From the NCBI GenBank assembly GCA_965242725.1, contig CBDESZ010000006.1, forward strand, positions 76,831 through 140,830: DNA of 64,000 bases, read 5' to 3'. Positions within the stretch are counted from its first letter, which is position 1, and each line of letters starts with the position of its first letter. The position numbers were made by a program, and so were the translations under genes. Positions 28,038 to 39,982 of the stretch are shown piece by piece. The notes under the pieces were generated by a model. That model saw nothing but the letters and a program-made list of their open reading frames with translations, was not told the origin of the DNA and ran no database searches. This stretch comes from Alkalispirochaeta sp. (GTDB lineage: Bacteria; Spirochaetota; Spirochaetia; DSM-27196; Alkalispirochaetaceae).

Positions 28038-29249
28038 ATGGCGGGGAGACGCGTGAAAACGAATCAGCACGAGGTCCGAGTGGCCAACACCAGAAAGATA
28101 CTCGATCTCCTGCGCCAACAACCGGCTCTCACCGTGCGGGAGTTGTCGACGGAGACGCGGCTCAGCCGACCGACGGTGGCCAAGATTCTCGCGCTCCTCA
28201 CCGGGGCAGGGGTCGTCAGCGATCGGGAGACGGGAGAGTCGACCCTCGAGGGCGGCAAGCCTCCGCGACTCTTCTCCCTCAACGCCGAGGGAGGGCACCT
28301 CATCGGAATCCACTACTCGGGCAACCACTTCTTCGGCAGCCTCGTCGATCTCCAGCTTCGTGTCATGACCTCCGTCGCCCAACCCGTGCCGGCGGAGATT
28401 CGGGCCAGCGAGCTCGTCGATCTGCTGGACCAGATGGTTCGGGGGCTGTTGGTCAGTTCCGATGTCACCGGGGGGCGCTGCCTCGGCATCGGGATCGGCA
28501 CGCCCGGTGTCACCGACCTCGGGCTTGGCGAAGTGGTCTTCTCCCCGCACCATCCCGGCATCGGCGAGCACCTCGCCCTGCGGGACCTCCTGGCGGAGCG
28601 TCTCGAGTACATCGCACCCGTCTTCGTCGACAATTCGATCCGGTTTCGCACGATCGCCGAGCAAACGATGGGCCACCTCCGGGGCGTGCGGGACGGAGCG
28701 GTGATCTACTGTGACGACGGCCTCATTTCGGGACTGCTCCTGGACGGGCAGATCCGGCGGGGCCCCAACAGTCTGGCCGGCTCGATCGGACACATGACGA
28801 TCAACCCCGGCGATCCGGTACAGTGTGCCTGCGGCGGATACGGCTGCTGGGAGATGCAGGTTTCTCCGGACCGGCTCGTCGCCGAGATGCGCGCCCGCCT
28901 CACACGGCGTTCCCCGAAGGATTCTCCCGGTGAGGAACTGACGGTTGCGACGGTACTCGATCGCGCCGACGAGGGTGATCCCGACGCGGTAGAGCTCATC
29001 GAAGGCGTCGCCCACTGGTTTGCCGTGGGAATCCACAACATGATTCTCGCCTACGATCCCGAGACGATCGTCATCCAGGGGGTCTACGCAAGACCCGACA
29101 GCCACTTCTTTCGATCCCTGACGGCGCAGATTACCGACGTTTCTCTCGTTCGGGCACCCTTTCAGACCCGGGTGGTCTGTTCGTCCCTCGGAAAGGACGC
29201 CGCCAATATCGGCGCGGCGTCCTACTCCCTGTCCATGGCGCTGGCGTGA
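28038..29249 (+). CDS. ROK-family transcriptional repressor
   Basis: N-terminal HTH, GIGIGTPG, GSIGH..C.CG..GCWE. Confidence 0.9.
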   Translation: MAGRRVKTNQHEVRVANTRKILDLLRQQPALTVRELSTETRLSRPTVAKILALLTGAGVVSDRETGESTLEGGKPPRLFSLNAEGGHLIGIHYSGNHFFGSLVDLQLRVMTSVAQPVPAEIRASELVDLLDQMVRGLLVSSDVTGGRCLGIGIGTPGVTDLGLGEVVFSPHHPGIGEHLALRDLLAERLEYIAPVFVDNSIRFRTIAEQTMGHLRGVRDGAVIYCDDGLISGLLLDGQIRRGPNSLAGSIGHMTINPGDPVQCACGGYGCWEMQVSPDRLVAEMRARLTRRSPKDSPGEELTVATVLDRADEGDPDAVELIEGVAHWFAVGIHNMILAYDPETIVIQGVYARPDSHFFRSLTAQITDVSLVRAPFQTRVVCSSLGKDAANIGAASYSLSMALA

Positions 29250-29266
29250 CGAGGGGTGCCCATTGT

Positions 29267-29413
29267 GCCACGTCGCCGGGCGCGCGGATTGATGGACTGG
29301 TGGCCGATCATGGCGAGACGGTCGTCGCTACGCCGCCGGGCGCGTGGGTTTATGGACTGGTGGCCGATCATGGCGAGACGGTCGTCGCCACGTCGCGGGG
29401 CGTGTGGATTGAT
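29267..29413. repeat. 60-bp tandem repeat, about 2.4 copies, intergenic
   Basis: Core ATGGACTGGTGGCCGATCATGGCGAGACGGTCGTCGC recurs at exact 60-bp period. Confidence 0.85.
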
Positions 29414-29426
29414 CGGGTACCCGCGG

Positions 29427-29798
29427 TCAGTACAGCCGGCCACCCTCGGGCACCGGCGCATCCGGCGCGATGAGAACGACGGCACCCGTCTCATCGGGAA
29501 CCCCGAGGGTCAGACACTCCGACTTGAAGCCGGCGACGCGCTTGGGCGGCAAATTGGTGACCGCCAGGACCTGACGGCCCGCGAGCTCGTCGGGGGTGTA
29601 GCGATCGGTGAGCTGCGCGCTCGACCAGCGGACGTCACCGCCGCCGAAGTCGATGCGCAGTTTGATCGCCGGAACCCGCGCTTCCGGGAAGGGGATCGCT
29701 TCCCGGACGGTGCCCACCCGGATCTCTACCTGACCGAATGCGTCCCACACGGAGGGAGCCGGTGATTCCCCGTCGATGGCAGGCGTCGCCCCGGTCAT
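29427..29798 (-). CDS. csaA: CsaA/Trbp111-like tRNA-binding OB-fold protein
   Basis: IRVGTV, SSAQLT..Y, VTNLPPK.VAGFKSECL.LG. Confidence 0.85.
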   Translation of the reverse strand: MTGATPAIDGESPAPSVWDAFGQVEIRVGTVREAIPFPEARVPAIKLRIDFGGGDVRWSSAQLTDRYTPDELAGRQVLAVTNLPPKRVAGFKSECLTLGVPDETGAVVLIAPDAPVPEGGRLY

Positions 29799-29847
29799 CC
29801 CGGCGTGGCGCGGATCGCCACCCCTCGGGTTCGACGTACCCATCCGA

Positions 29848-30984
<1,137 letters not shown>

Positions 30985-31049
30985 TTACGGGAAGACCGCC
31001 CGGACCGACGGGTCCCCGTCACGGAAGTCCTCGCGCGGGAAGTCCGTCC

Positions 31050-31733
31050 TCAGGGGAAGACCGTCCGGAGCTCCATCAGGACCACCTCCTCACTGCGATA
31101 CCCTCCCCAGATCGTGAGGACGCTCTCTTCCGGCGTCTCGCCGGAGATGTAGTAGCCCTTGAGAAGGCCGAGGTTGTCCAGGAGCATGTCCTCAAACTCG
31201 TTGTAGCTGCCGGCGCGACGGTTTCGGACGATTGAGTCACCCGTCAGGGTTCCTTCCTCGAAAGTGAGGCTCTCCCGGGGCGAGGCGGTGTCGATGCGAA
31301 AGGTGTAGGAGCCCTCGATGGTGTTCTGCGGACCACGGACGTGGATCGGACCGCTCCCGCTCGTGTTGCCGGGGTCGTGGGTCGCGCTCGGGCGGAGTTC
31401 GATCCAGACGTCCCGGGTCGGGGGAACGAGTCGGCGCATATCTCCGTAGAGGCGGACGAGCTCCCACCGCGTCTCCACCAGGGGCGCGTGACCGAGGGGC
31501 GCCGGCTCCTCCGGTTGCGGCAGGGGTTCCGCCGGCAGCTCCGGCGGGATCGGCTCCGGTGGAGGTGCGGGAAGGGCAATCGGGGGCGCGACCGGGGGCG
31601 CGGGTATCCCAAAGGGGAGGGGCTCCGGGTCGCCGGCACAACCGGCGAGGAGGATCATCGCACCGATCACGATCGCTCCCGCCAGAGTGCTCCGGGCACC
31701 GGGGGGCATCCGGCGCGAACTGCGTCTCTTCAT
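31050..31733 (-). CDS. Hypothetical lipoprotein with Pro-rich linker (possibly META-like)
   Basis: Lipobox LLAGC; Pro/Glu-rich linker; LVETRWELV. Confidence 0.55.
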   Translation of the reverse strand: MKRRSSRRMPPGARSTLAGAIVIGAMILLAGCAGDPEPLPFGIPAPPVAPPIALPAPPPEPIPPELPAEPLPQPEEPAPLGHAPLVETRWELVRLYGDMRRLVPPTRDVWIELRPSATHDPGNTSGSGPIHVRGPQNTIEGSYTFRIDTASPRESLTFEEGTLTGDSIVRNRRAGSYNEFEDMLLDNLGLLKGYYISGETPEESVLTIWGGYRSEEVVLMELRTVFP

Positions 31734-31812
31734 GGTGTCAGTATCGGCTGCGGGGGGACGCGTCCTGACACGCGGCGCCGTATCCGGCTACACTCGGCGC
31801 CAGGAGGTGTAG

Positions 31813-32082
31813 ATGCGCGCTGTGTGCACCGTCGTAGGATACGACAAACCGGGGATCATCGCGGCGGTGAGTACCGCGTTCGCCGAACGGTCCGTCAACA
31901 TTCTCGATATCAGCCAGACGATCATGCAGGGGTTCTTCACGATGATCACGCTGGTCGACCTCGCGGGGATGTCGATTTCCCTGGACGAACTTCGTCAGGA
32001 CCTCGCCGAGCTCGGCGAACGCATCCAGGTGCAGATAACCCTGCAACACGAGGACGTCTACACTGCGATGCACCGGGTGTGA
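31813..32082 (+). CDS. ACT-domain protein (UPF0237)
   Basis: TVVGYDKPGIIA..NILDISQT..F.M. Confidence 0.85.
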   Translation: MRAVCTVVGYDKPGIIAAVSTAFAERSVNILDISQTIMQGFFTMITLVDLAGMSISLDELRQDLAELGERIQVQITLQHEDVYTAMHRV

Positions 32083-32097
32083 GCGGGGAGTGAGCCG

Positions 32098-33510
32098 ATG
32101 TTTCTGACACCGACCGAGATCGAAGAGACGTTGCGCATGTTTGCCCAGGAAAACCTGGACGTGCGAACGATCACGATGGGAATCAATCTTCTCGACTGCA
32201 TCGACAGTGATCCGCGCCGCGCCGCCGGACGGATCTACGAGAAGATCACCCGCGTCGCCTCCCGGCTCACCACAGTGGGAGACCAGATCGAGGCTGAGCT
32301 CGGGGTACCGATCATCAACAAGCGGATCGCCGTCACGCCGATCGCGATGATCGTCGGGGCGAGTATGGCCGCCGGCGGACGCGCGTCAGGCGCCCGGGGC
32401 GCGGGATCCGCCGGGACCGGGGATGGACCTCTCTATTTCGCCGAGACGCTGGAGCGCGCAGCCCAGGAGGTTGGCGTCGATTTTCTCGGCGGCTTTTCCG
32501 CCCTTGTGCACCGGGGGATCACCCCCGCCGAGGAGCGGGTGATCCGCGCCATCCCGGCGGCGCTCGCCGCCACCGAGAAGGTGTGCGCCTCCCTCAACGT
32601 AGCCACCTCTCGGGGCGGGATCAATATGGACGCGGTCCAGCTTGCTGCGGCGGCGATCAAGGAGTCGGCCGACCGCACCCGCGACCGCGGTGGATTCGGG
32701 GCGAGCCGTCTCGTCATTTTTGCCAACGCGCCGGAGGACAATCCCTTCATGGCGGGCGCCTTCCACGGACCCGGCAACCCTGACACGGTGGTACACGTCG
32801 GCGTCAGCGGCCCTGGAGTCGTGCAGAGCGCCATTCGCCAGTACCCCGACGCGCCCCTCGACGTTCTCGCCGAGGTGATCAAGAAGACCTCCTTCAAAAT
32901 CACCCGTCTCGGTCAGCTCGTCCTCGACCTCGCCGCCGAGCGCCTCGGGGTGGAGCGGGGAATCGTCGACCTCTCCCTCGCTCCGACCCCCGCCGTCGGT
33001 GACAGCGTCGCCCGCATCCTCGAGGAGATGGGCCTCGAGATGGCCGGCGCTCCCGGCTCGACTGCGGCGTTGGCGCTCCTCAACAACGCCGTCAAGAAGG
33101 GCGGCCTGATGGCGAGCTCCCGCGTCGGCGGCCTGAGCGGCAGCTTCCTTCCGGTGAGCGAGGACGAGGCGATGGCGCGCGCGGCGGAGTGTGGCGTTCT
33201 CACCCTCGAGAAGCTCGAGGCGATGACGGCGATCTGCTCGGTCGGACTCGACATGATCGCCGTGCCCGGGGACACCTCGGTGGATACCCTCTCGGGGATC
33301 ATCGCCGACGAGATGGCGATCGGCGTGATGAACCACAAGACGACGGCGGTCCGCATCATTCCCGTTCCGGGCAAAGGGCCCGGCGAGTGGGTCGAGTTTG
33401 GCGGCCTCCTCGGGCGGGCACCGATCATGCGCGTCAACGGCGCCTCCTGCACCGGGTTTGTGCGCCGGGGTGGCCTGATCCCCGCGCCGGTCACCGGATA
33501 TCGCAACTGA
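32098..33510 (+). CDS. PFL-like / DUF711 (UPF0210) protein
   Basis: [39 protein letters not shown]; usual partner of the ACT gene. Confidence 0.88.
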   Translation: MFLTPTEIEETLRMFAQENLDVRTITMGINLLDCIDSDPRRAAGRIYEKITRVASRLTTVGDQIEAELGVPIINKRIAVTPIAMIVGASMAAGGRASGARGAGSAGTGDGPLYFAETLERAAQEVGVDFLGGFSALVHRGITPAEERVIRAIPAALAATEKVCASLNVATSRGGINMDAVQLAAAAIKESADRTRDRGGFGASRLVIFANAPEDNPFMAGAFHGPGNPDTVVHVGVSGPGVVQSAIRQYPDAPLDVLAEVIKKTSFKITRLGQLVLDLAAERLGVERGIVDLSLAPTPAVGDSVARILEEMGLEMAGAPGSTAALALLNNAVKKGGLMASSRVGGLSGSFLPVSEDEAMARAAECGVLTLEKLEAMTAICSVGLDMIAVPGDTSVDTLSGIIADEMAIGVMNHKTTAVRIIPVPGKGPGEWVEFGGLLGRAPIMRVNGASCTGFVRRGGLIPAPVTGYRN

Positions 33511-33524
33511 GAAAGGACCCGACC

Positions 33525-34253
33525 ATGCCACAACGGAAGTACCGACACGTTCTGCTCGACGCGGACAACACGATTCTCGACTTTGCCGTCTGCGAACGCC
33601 GCATTCTCGAGACGATGGCCCGGGAGTTCGGGTTTATGCCGCGCACCCGCAGCGGTGAGGACCTGACCGCCGCGTATCGCCGGATCAACGCCTCCCTCTG
33701 GCGCGACCTCGAAGAGGGATCGATCGGCCCGGAGGAGCTCAAGATCGAGCGGTTTCGGCGGCTCATCGAGCACCTCGATTTCACGGCGATCTCCCGGCCG
33801 CTGGAGCCGGAATTCCTCAATATGCAGTTCATCATGCGCCTGACGGGGTGCGCCGAGCTCGTCCCGACGGCGAAAGCAGTGGTCCCCTCGATCGCGCCGG
33901 TATCGATCATCACCAACGGCTTTGCCGACGTGCAGCGGCCGCGCCTCGCCGCAAGCGGGCTCGCAGAGTACATCGACCACACCTTCATCTCCGAGGAGAT
34001 CGGTGCCGCGAAGCCCCAGGCGGCGTATTTCGACCACGTTCTGACCGCTCTCGGCAACCCCGATCCGCGGGAGTGCGTTGTCGTGGGTGACTCTCTCTCC
34101 TCCGACATCGCCGGCGGCATCGCTGCGGGAATGGACACGGTCTGGTTTGATCGCAGCGAGATGCTCGGAGAGAAGCGGGTCACTCCTTCACCCGACCGCA
34201 CACCGACCCACCGAATCACGCGATTGGTCCAATTGCGCGATATTATCTGGTGA
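33525..34253 (+). CDS. HAD-family hydrolase (YjjG-like nucleotidase)
   Basis: DADNTILDF, ITNG, KP, GDSLSSDIAG. Confidence 0.85.
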   Translation: MPQRKYRHVLLDADNTILDFAVCERRILETMAREFGFMPRTRSGEDLTAAYRRINASLWRDLEEGSIGPEELKIERFRRLIEHLDFTAISRPLEPEFLNMQFIMRLTGCAELVPTAKAVVPSIAPVSIITNGFADVQRPRLAASGLAEYIDHTFISEEIGAAKPQAAYFDHVLTALGNPDPRECVVVGDSLSSDIAGGIAAGMDTVWFDRSEMLGEKRVTPSPDRTPTHRITRLVQLRDIIW

Positions 34254-34286
34254 AGAGAGTCGCCGCGGCCGGCCATCGCGCGCCGG

Positions 34287-34385
34287 GGCGACTCAAGCCG
34301 GGTCGCCGTCGGAGGCACGTGCACACCGAGGCGACTCAAGCCGGGTAGTTGACGGCCATTGCCCGGCCGGGCGGCTCAAGCCGGG
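34287..34385 (+). repeat. Three 16-bp direct repeats with unlike spacers
   Basis: GGCG(A/G)CTCAAGCCGGG at 34287, 34330, 34370. Confidence 0.6.
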
Positions 34386-34422
34386 GAGCCGGCGGCCGAT
34401 ATAGGAAGTCAAGGAGATAGCT

Positions 34423-35190
34423 GTGCGCACGTTGACCCTCCTCTTTCTGATCGTACTCGTGCCGGCGGCGCTGATCGCTCAGGCGCCGTCATCGGATGCG
34501 GTCGAGACGGGGGAGATCCCGGAAGAGTTTGAGGAGATGGTCCGGGACCTCGTCGATCGCTACGAGGAACTGCGGCTGCTCCTGCGAGAGGAAATGGCGA
34601 AGAACGCCAACCTCTACAGCCAGGCCGAGATCGACGCGGCGGTCTCCGAGGTGGAAGATCGCCTCGGCGCCGAACTCGCGGCGGCAAACGAGCGGATTGA
34701 TCTCCTCGAGGCGCAGCGCGACGCGCTCGCCGGCGCTCTTCGTCTCGCCGAAGCGGAGTTTATGATGCACCAGGGCGGCGGCTCCCAGACCGCGTCGGAG
34801 CTCGCCGCGGAAGTCGCCTCCCTCGAGGAGACAATCGCCTCGATCGAGGAGGAGTCCCTCTTTCAGGTCGGTGCGACCTTCTCCCCCGCGGGCACCCTCG
34901 GCGCCATCGGTATCGTCAATCTACCCCAGACAAACGTGAGTCTCCTCGCCGGTACCAACTACTTCCTGCGGGACAAGGAGTTCAACCTGATGCTCGGCGT
35001 GACCTTGAGCTTCCTGCCGGCGCGGGAGATCTCCGACCGGTTTGCCCGGCGGGGCGAAAGAGATTCCGACGAGCCGTCCGACGGCGGTCGATCGGCGGAT
35101 AACGGCGCGGACGATCTGCCCGCCGAGTCGGCCGATGCGGCCTCCAACGCGCCCGAAAGCTCGGACGAATCGCCGGCTGAAGCGGAGTAG
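34423..35190 (+). CDS. Hypothetical exported coiled-coil protein
   Basis: Signal peptide, heptad-rich middle, beta-rich segment, acidic tail; AAGGAG RBS. Confidence 0.6.
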   Translation: MRTLTLLFLIVLVPAALIAQAPSSDAVETGEIPEEFEEMVRDLVDRYEELRLLLREEMAKNANLYSQAEIDAAVSEVEDRLGAELAAANERIDLLEAQRDALAGALRLAEAEFMMHQGGGSQTASELAAEVASLEETIASIEEESLFQVGATFSPAGTLGAIGIVNLPQTNVSLLAGTNYFLRDKEFNLMLGVTLSFLPAREISDRFARRGERDSDEPSDGGRSADNGADDLPAESADAASNAPESSDESPAEAE

Positions 35191-35271
35191 CGCGCGCCAC
35201 TTCGGGCGTGCAAACGTTCCCCCTGCTGTGGTACAATGCCGCCACAATCAGCGATGGGAGGAACAATTCGC

Positions 35272-37242
35272 ATGGATAACAAGGCCGTTGAAGCCGTAGC
35301 ACTCTCGGTACGTACCCTGACAATCGACGCCGTACAGGCGGCAAACTCCGGACACCCCGGCATGCCGATGGGCATGGCCGAGCTCGGCGCACTCCTCTAC
35401 GGGGAGGTTCTCAAGCACGACCCCGCCGACCCGAAATGGCCCGACCGCGACCGTTTCGTGCTCTCCGCCGGCCACGGTTCGATGTTTCTCTACAGCCTGC
35501 TCCACCTCTCCGGCTACAATCTCCCGCTGGACGAGCTCAAGCGCTTTCGTCAGGTCGGGAGCATCACCCCGGGGCACCCCGAGTACGGGATGACCGACGG
35601 TATCGAGACGACCACCGGACCCCTCGGACAGGGACTCGCCAACGCCGTCGGTATGGCAATCGCCGAACGGATGCTCGCCGCGCGGTTCAACACCGCCGAC
35701 CACACGATCGTTGACCACTATACCTACGCCATCTCCGGCGACGGCTGTCTCATGGAGGGCATCACCTCCGAGGCGAGCTCCCTCGCGGGCCACCTCGGCC
35801 TGGGCAAGCTGATCGTCTTCTACGACAACAACAGCATCTCCATCGAAGGTTCCACCGAGCTCGCCTTTACCGAAGACGTGGCGGCGCGCTATCGCGCCTA
35901 CGGCTGGCAGGTACTCGAGGGCGACGCCTACGACCCCGACGGTATCCGCAAGATGGTGGCGGAAGCGAAGAAGGACGCGTCGCGACCGGCGATCATCATG
36001 CTCAAATCGGTGATCGGCCAGGGATCGCCCAACAAGAAGGGAACTCACGACGTTCACGGAGCGGCCCTCGGGGACGACGAGGTCGCCCTCACCAAGAAGC
36101 AGCTCGGCGTCGATCCCGCAGAGATGTTTTACATCGCTCCCGCCGCGACGGAGTTCTTTGCGGCGTACCGCGCGGAGCTTGCCGGGAAGCACGCGGCGTG
36201 GAAGAAGACTTTCGACGCCTGGGGCGCCGCCAATCCGGGGCTCCTCGCCCAGTGGAAAGAGGCGGTCGAGGGCGGTTACAAGGCGGTTCTCAAGGACATC
36301 GGGATGCCCACCTACAAAGTGGGTGACAAGGTCCCGACGCGCAAGGCGAGCGGTTCGGCGCTGCAGGCGGCGGCCCGGATGCTTCCCAACCTCGTCGGCG
36401 GCTCCGCGGACCTCGCTCCCTCCAACAACACGGCGATGCCCGAATACGGCGACTTCACGAAGGCCGACCCGAGCGGTCGCACCCTCCATTTCGGCGTGCG
36501 CGAGCTCGGCATGGCGGCGATCGGCAACGGCATGGCCCTCCACGGCGGTCTCCGGCCCTTCGTGGCGACCTTTCTCGTTTTTACCGACTACCTGCGCCCG
36601 GCGCTGCGCCTCTCGGCGCTGATGCAGATTCCGCTGATCTACGTGATGACCCATGACTCGATCTTCGTCGGTGAAGACGGACCGACCCACCAGCCGATTG
36701 AACACGTCGCCGTCCTGCGGGCGATCCCCGGAGCGCGGGTGCTGCGTCCCGCCGACGCGGAGGAAACCAACGAGGCGTGGCTCATGGCCCTCGAGCACGA
36801 CGGCCCCACGGTACTCGCCCTCACACGGCAGGGACTCCCGGTCCTCGAGAAGGCCGACGCCGACTGGAAAGAATCGATGCGCCGCGGCGCCTACGTCGTC
36901 AGTGACGTTGCCTCCCCGGAGGTTGTCGTCGTTGCGACGGGGAGTGAAGTCTCCCTCGCCCAGGAAGCGGTCGCCAGGAGCGGCCGGAAGGCGCGGATCG
37001 TCTCGATGCCGAGCCGGGAGCTCTTTGAGGCGCAGGACGCGGCGTGGCGGGAGAAGATCCTGCCGGCGGGAGTTCCCGCCGTCGTCGCCGAGGCGGGTAT
37101 CCGCCAGGGCTGGGAAGGTATCGCTCCCCGGGAGCGGATCCTCTCGATCGATCGCTTCGGCGAGAGTGGCCCCGGCGATGCCGTCGCACAGCACCTCGGC
37201 TTTACCGCCGACGCCCTCGCGGCGCTGATCAAGAACGCCTGA
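35272..37242 (+). CDS. tkt: Transketolase
   Basis: [41 protein letters not shown]. Confidence 0.95.
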   Translation: MDNKAVEAVALSVRTLTIDAVQAANSGHPGMPMGMAELGALLYGEVLKHDPADPKWPDRDRFVLSAGHGSMFLYSLLHLSGYNLPLDELKRFRQVGSITPGHPEYGMTDGIETTTGPLGQGLANAVGMAIAERMLAARFNTADHTIVDHYTYAISGDGCLMEGITSEASSLAGHLGLGKLIVFYDNNSISIEGSTELAFTEDVAARYRAYGWQVLEGDAYDPDGIRKMVAEAKKDASRPAIIMLKSVIGQGSPNKKGTHDVHGAALGDDEVALTKKQLGVDPAEMFYIAPAATEFFAAYRAELAGKHAAWKKTFDAWGAANPGLLAQWKEAVEGGYKAVLKDIGMPTYKVGDKVPTRKASGSALQAAARMLPNLVGGSADLAPSNNTAMPEYGDFTKADPSGRTLHFGVRELGMAAIGNGMALHGGLRPFVATFLVFTDYLRPALRLSALMQIPLIYVMTHDSIFVGEDGPTHQPIEHVAVLRAIPGARVLRPADAEETNEAWLMALEHDGPTVLALTRQGLPVLEKADADWKESMRRGAYVVSDVASPEVVVVATGSEVSLAQEAVARSGRKARIVSMPSRELFEAQDAAWREKILPAGVPAVVAEAGIRQGWEGIAPRERILSIDRFGESGPGDAVAQHLGFTADALAALIKNA

Positions 37243-37255
37243 CCGGAGGAACCCT

Positions 37256-38800
37256 ATGGCACGCTACGCCCTTGGCTACGATGTGGGGAGCTCGTCGATC
37301 AAGGCGAGCCTCGTCGATCTCGATTCGGGAAAACGGGTCGCGTCGGCGGGGGCTCCCGAGACGGAAATGCCGATCAGTGCACCCCGGCCTGACTGGGCGG
37401 AGCAGGACCCGGCGATGTGGTGGCGCTACGTCGTCGAGGCGACGCGGAAGCTGGGGCAGGCGGCGGACCTGAGTGGCGTCGCCTCGATCGGCATCTCCTA
37501 CCAGATGCACGGGCTCGTTGCCATCGATCGCGACGGCGAGCCCCTGCGCCCCTCGATCATCTGGTGCGACAGCCGCGCCGTCTCGTACGGTGAAGAGGCG
37601 TTCAACACCCTCGGCGGTGCTGCGAAGGTGCTGCCGCGGCTTCTCAACTCCCCGGGCAACTTTACCGCCGCCAAACTGGCGTGGGTCAAGGCCAACGAGC
37701 CGGACGTCTACGGCCGCATCTGGAAGATCATGCTCCCCGGAGACTACATCGGGTACTGCCTCACCGGCGACGTTGTGACGACCGCGGGGGGGCTCTCGGA
37801 GGGCATCTTCTGGGATTTTCAGCAGGACGAACCTGCCGGTTTCTTGATGGACCATTTCGGGTTTGACCGTGAGCTCATACCCCCGGTGATGGAGGGGTTT
37901 GGCGACCACGGCCGGGTGACCTCCGCCGTCGCGGCGGAGCTCGGCCTGCCCGCGGGGACCCCCGTCGCGTACCGCGCCGGGGACCAACCCAACAACGCCC
38001 TCAGTCTCAACGTCCTCAACCCCGGTGAGGTCGCAGCGACGGCGGGCACCTCCGGCGTCATCTACGGCGTCGTGGACCGCCCGGCGTGGGACGAGAAGAG
38101 CCGGGTCAACACCTTCCTCCACGTCAACCACCGTGCCGACCAGTCCCGGTACGGGGTGCTCCAGGTGCTCAACGGCACGGGCATCCTCAACCGCTGGGTC
38201 CGGGAGGTGAGCCTCGATCCGGTAGCCGGCGGGGCCGCTGGGGCCGGAAGCGCGCCCGGCGGGGCGCCCGCCTCGTACGAGGCGCTCAACGCGCTCGCGG
38301 CGGAGGCGCCGATCGGGAGCGCCGGGCTGGTGATGCTCCCCTTCGGGAACGGCGCGGAGCGCATCCTCGAAAACGTCAACTACGGCGCGAGTATGCACGG
38401 CCTCAACTTCAACATCCACGGTCGGAGTCACCTGCTCCGCGCCGCCCAGGAGGGCATCGTCTTTGCCCTCGGGTTCGGCCTGGAGATCATGCGTGGAATC
38501 GGCCTCACCGTTGATACCGTCCGCGCCGGCCACGCCAACATGTTTCTCAGCCCCCTCTTCCGGCGTGCGTTCGCGACCGTCACCGGGGCGACAGTCGAGC
38601 TCTTCAACACCGACGGGAGCGAGGGTGCCGCGCGGGGTGGTGCCTACGGTGCAGGGCTCTTCTCAAGTCTCGAGGAAGCGTTCAGCGGCCTCGACCTCCG
38701 GGAGCGGATCGAGCCCGACCGGAGCGTCGCCGGGGAGTACGCCGAGGCGTTCCAGCAGTGGAAGGACCGCCTGGCTCGGGTGACCGCCGCCGGCGTGTGA
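37256..38800 (+). CDS. xylB: FGGY-family sugar kinase, probably xylulokinase
   Basis: DVGSSSIK, EQDP, QMHG, IIWCD.R, AGDQ, GTSG. Confidence 0.8.
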   Translation: MARYALGYDVGSSSIKASLVDLDSGKRVASAGAPETEMPISAPRPDWAEQDPAMWWRYVVEATRKLGQAADLSGVASIGISYQMHGLVAIDRDGEPLRPSIIWCDSRAVSYGEEAFNTLGGAAKVLPRLLNSPGNFTAAKLAWVKANEPDVYGRIWKIMLPGDYIGYCLTGDVVTTAGGLSEGIFWDFQQDEPAGFLMDHFGFDRELIPPVMEGFGDHGRVTSAVAAELGLPAGTPVAYRAGDQPNNALSLNVLNPGEVAATAGTSGVIYGVVDRPAWDEKSRVNTFLHVNHRADQSRYGVLQVLNGTGILNRWVREVSLDPVAGGAAGAGSAPGGAPASYEALNALAAEAPIGSAGLVMLPFGNGAERILENVNYGASMHGLNFNIHGRSHLLRAAQEGIVFALGFGLEIMRGIGLTVDTVRAGHANMFLSPLFRRAFATVTGATVELFNTDGSEGAARGGAYGAGLFSSLEEAFSGLDLRERIEPDRSVAGEYAEAFQQWKDRLARVTAAGV

Positions 38801-38817
38801 CACGATAGCAACCCGCG

Positions 38818-39480
38818 ATGCTGATCGGCCCGGACTCTCCCCTTACCCTCCCGGCGCTCGCGCGAATCGCGGCGGTGCCGGAGGCGATCCATTTCAGCGC
38901 GGCGTCGCGGGAGCGCGTCGCCTCCGCGGCGGCGTTTCTCGAACGGCTCGTCGCCGATCGCCGCGTCGTCTACGGCATTACCACCGGCTTCGGGCCGCTG
39001 GCGGGGACGTGGATCGACCCGTCCCGGTCTGAGGAGCTGCAAACCTACCTGCTGGCTCATTTGCGGTCCGGGGTCGGGCCACCCCTGCCGCGCGAGGCGG
39101 TGCGGGCGATGATGGTGGCGCGCCTGGCGAGTCTCTCCCGGGGTCACTCGGGCATTCGGATGGAAACCCTGGAGCTTCTCGCCGCCATGGTCGAACGGGA
39201 CGTTACGCCGGTTGTTCCGTCGATGGGGACCGTCGGTGCCAGCGGGGATCTCACGCCTCTCGCGCATATGGCAGCGACGCTGCAGGGGGAGGGAGAGGTT
39301 CTGGTCGAGGGTGTGGCACTTCCCGCCGGGGAGGGGCTTCGCCGTGTCGGGCTGGAGCCGGTCGTCTTTGGCCCGAAGGAGGCGATCGCCCTGGTCAACG
39401 GCACCTCGACCATGACCGCCATCGCCGCGCTCAACGGGGAGGCGGCGGAACGACAGCTCAACCTCGCCGTCGCCCTTACT
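38818..39480 (+). pseudogene. hutH: Histidine/aromatic amino acid ammonia-lyase, 3'-truncated by unit copy 2
   Basis: YGITTGFG, GTVGASGDL (MIO), KEAIALVNGT; only about 220 codons before the TACT junction. Confidence 0.82.
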
Positions 39481-39563
39481 TCTGAAATCAGTAGTTCATA
39501 TTTAATATTATCTTCAATATAATTGATTGCCATATTCATTCTTTCAGACCATTCCATTATCAT
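39477..39563 (-). pseudogene. 5' stub of the araC cassette gene
   Basis: MIMEWSERMNMAINYIEDNIKYELLISEV, then runs into antisense hutH. Confidence 0.85.
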
Positions 39564-39810
39564 GCTTCCTTGTTATGCATAGTAATAAATTTTAATTCTA
39601 TGATCTCACCTTTTTATGCGATGCGATGTGTGTTTATACATTTCCAAACTGGCACGGATGCCAGTTTGCCTATATATAATCCCTTCTCCCAAAAAAGGGC
39701 GGGGTAATTGCATCTAACGTCCTGCGAATAGCCGAAGTTACCAAGGCATTCACCTGTCAACAATGTCCTTAGCTTTCTGTAAACCATCTCCATGATCAGT
39801 ACCTGTGTCC

Positions 39811-39909
39811 ACATAACGATGAGTTGAGTTGTTTGGCGTTAATCGGCGCGGTTGTTGCAGAAGCAAGAACCGTGACGATAGCCAAATCAACTCGAACGTG
39901 GTGTTATGT
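39811..39909 (-). other. attC (copy of 18027-18125)
   Basis: Same sequence as copy 1. Confidence 0.88.
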
Positions 39910-39982
39910 GACTCAGGTTTTTGAGGTGGACCCCTTCGTCAAGACCACTCAACGAGGGTCTTAAGCTACTCCATTGCCCCGC

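Noticed and set aside
34287..34385. Possible mini CRISPR array
   Set aside because: Repeats are only 16 bp, three copies, uneven short spacers, and no cas genes in the window.
35248..37194. 648-aa antisense ORF and similar long shadow ORFs in GC-rich regions
   Set aside because: Mirror frames of well-supported genes (tkt, xylB, glcD-like and others), expected at high GC.
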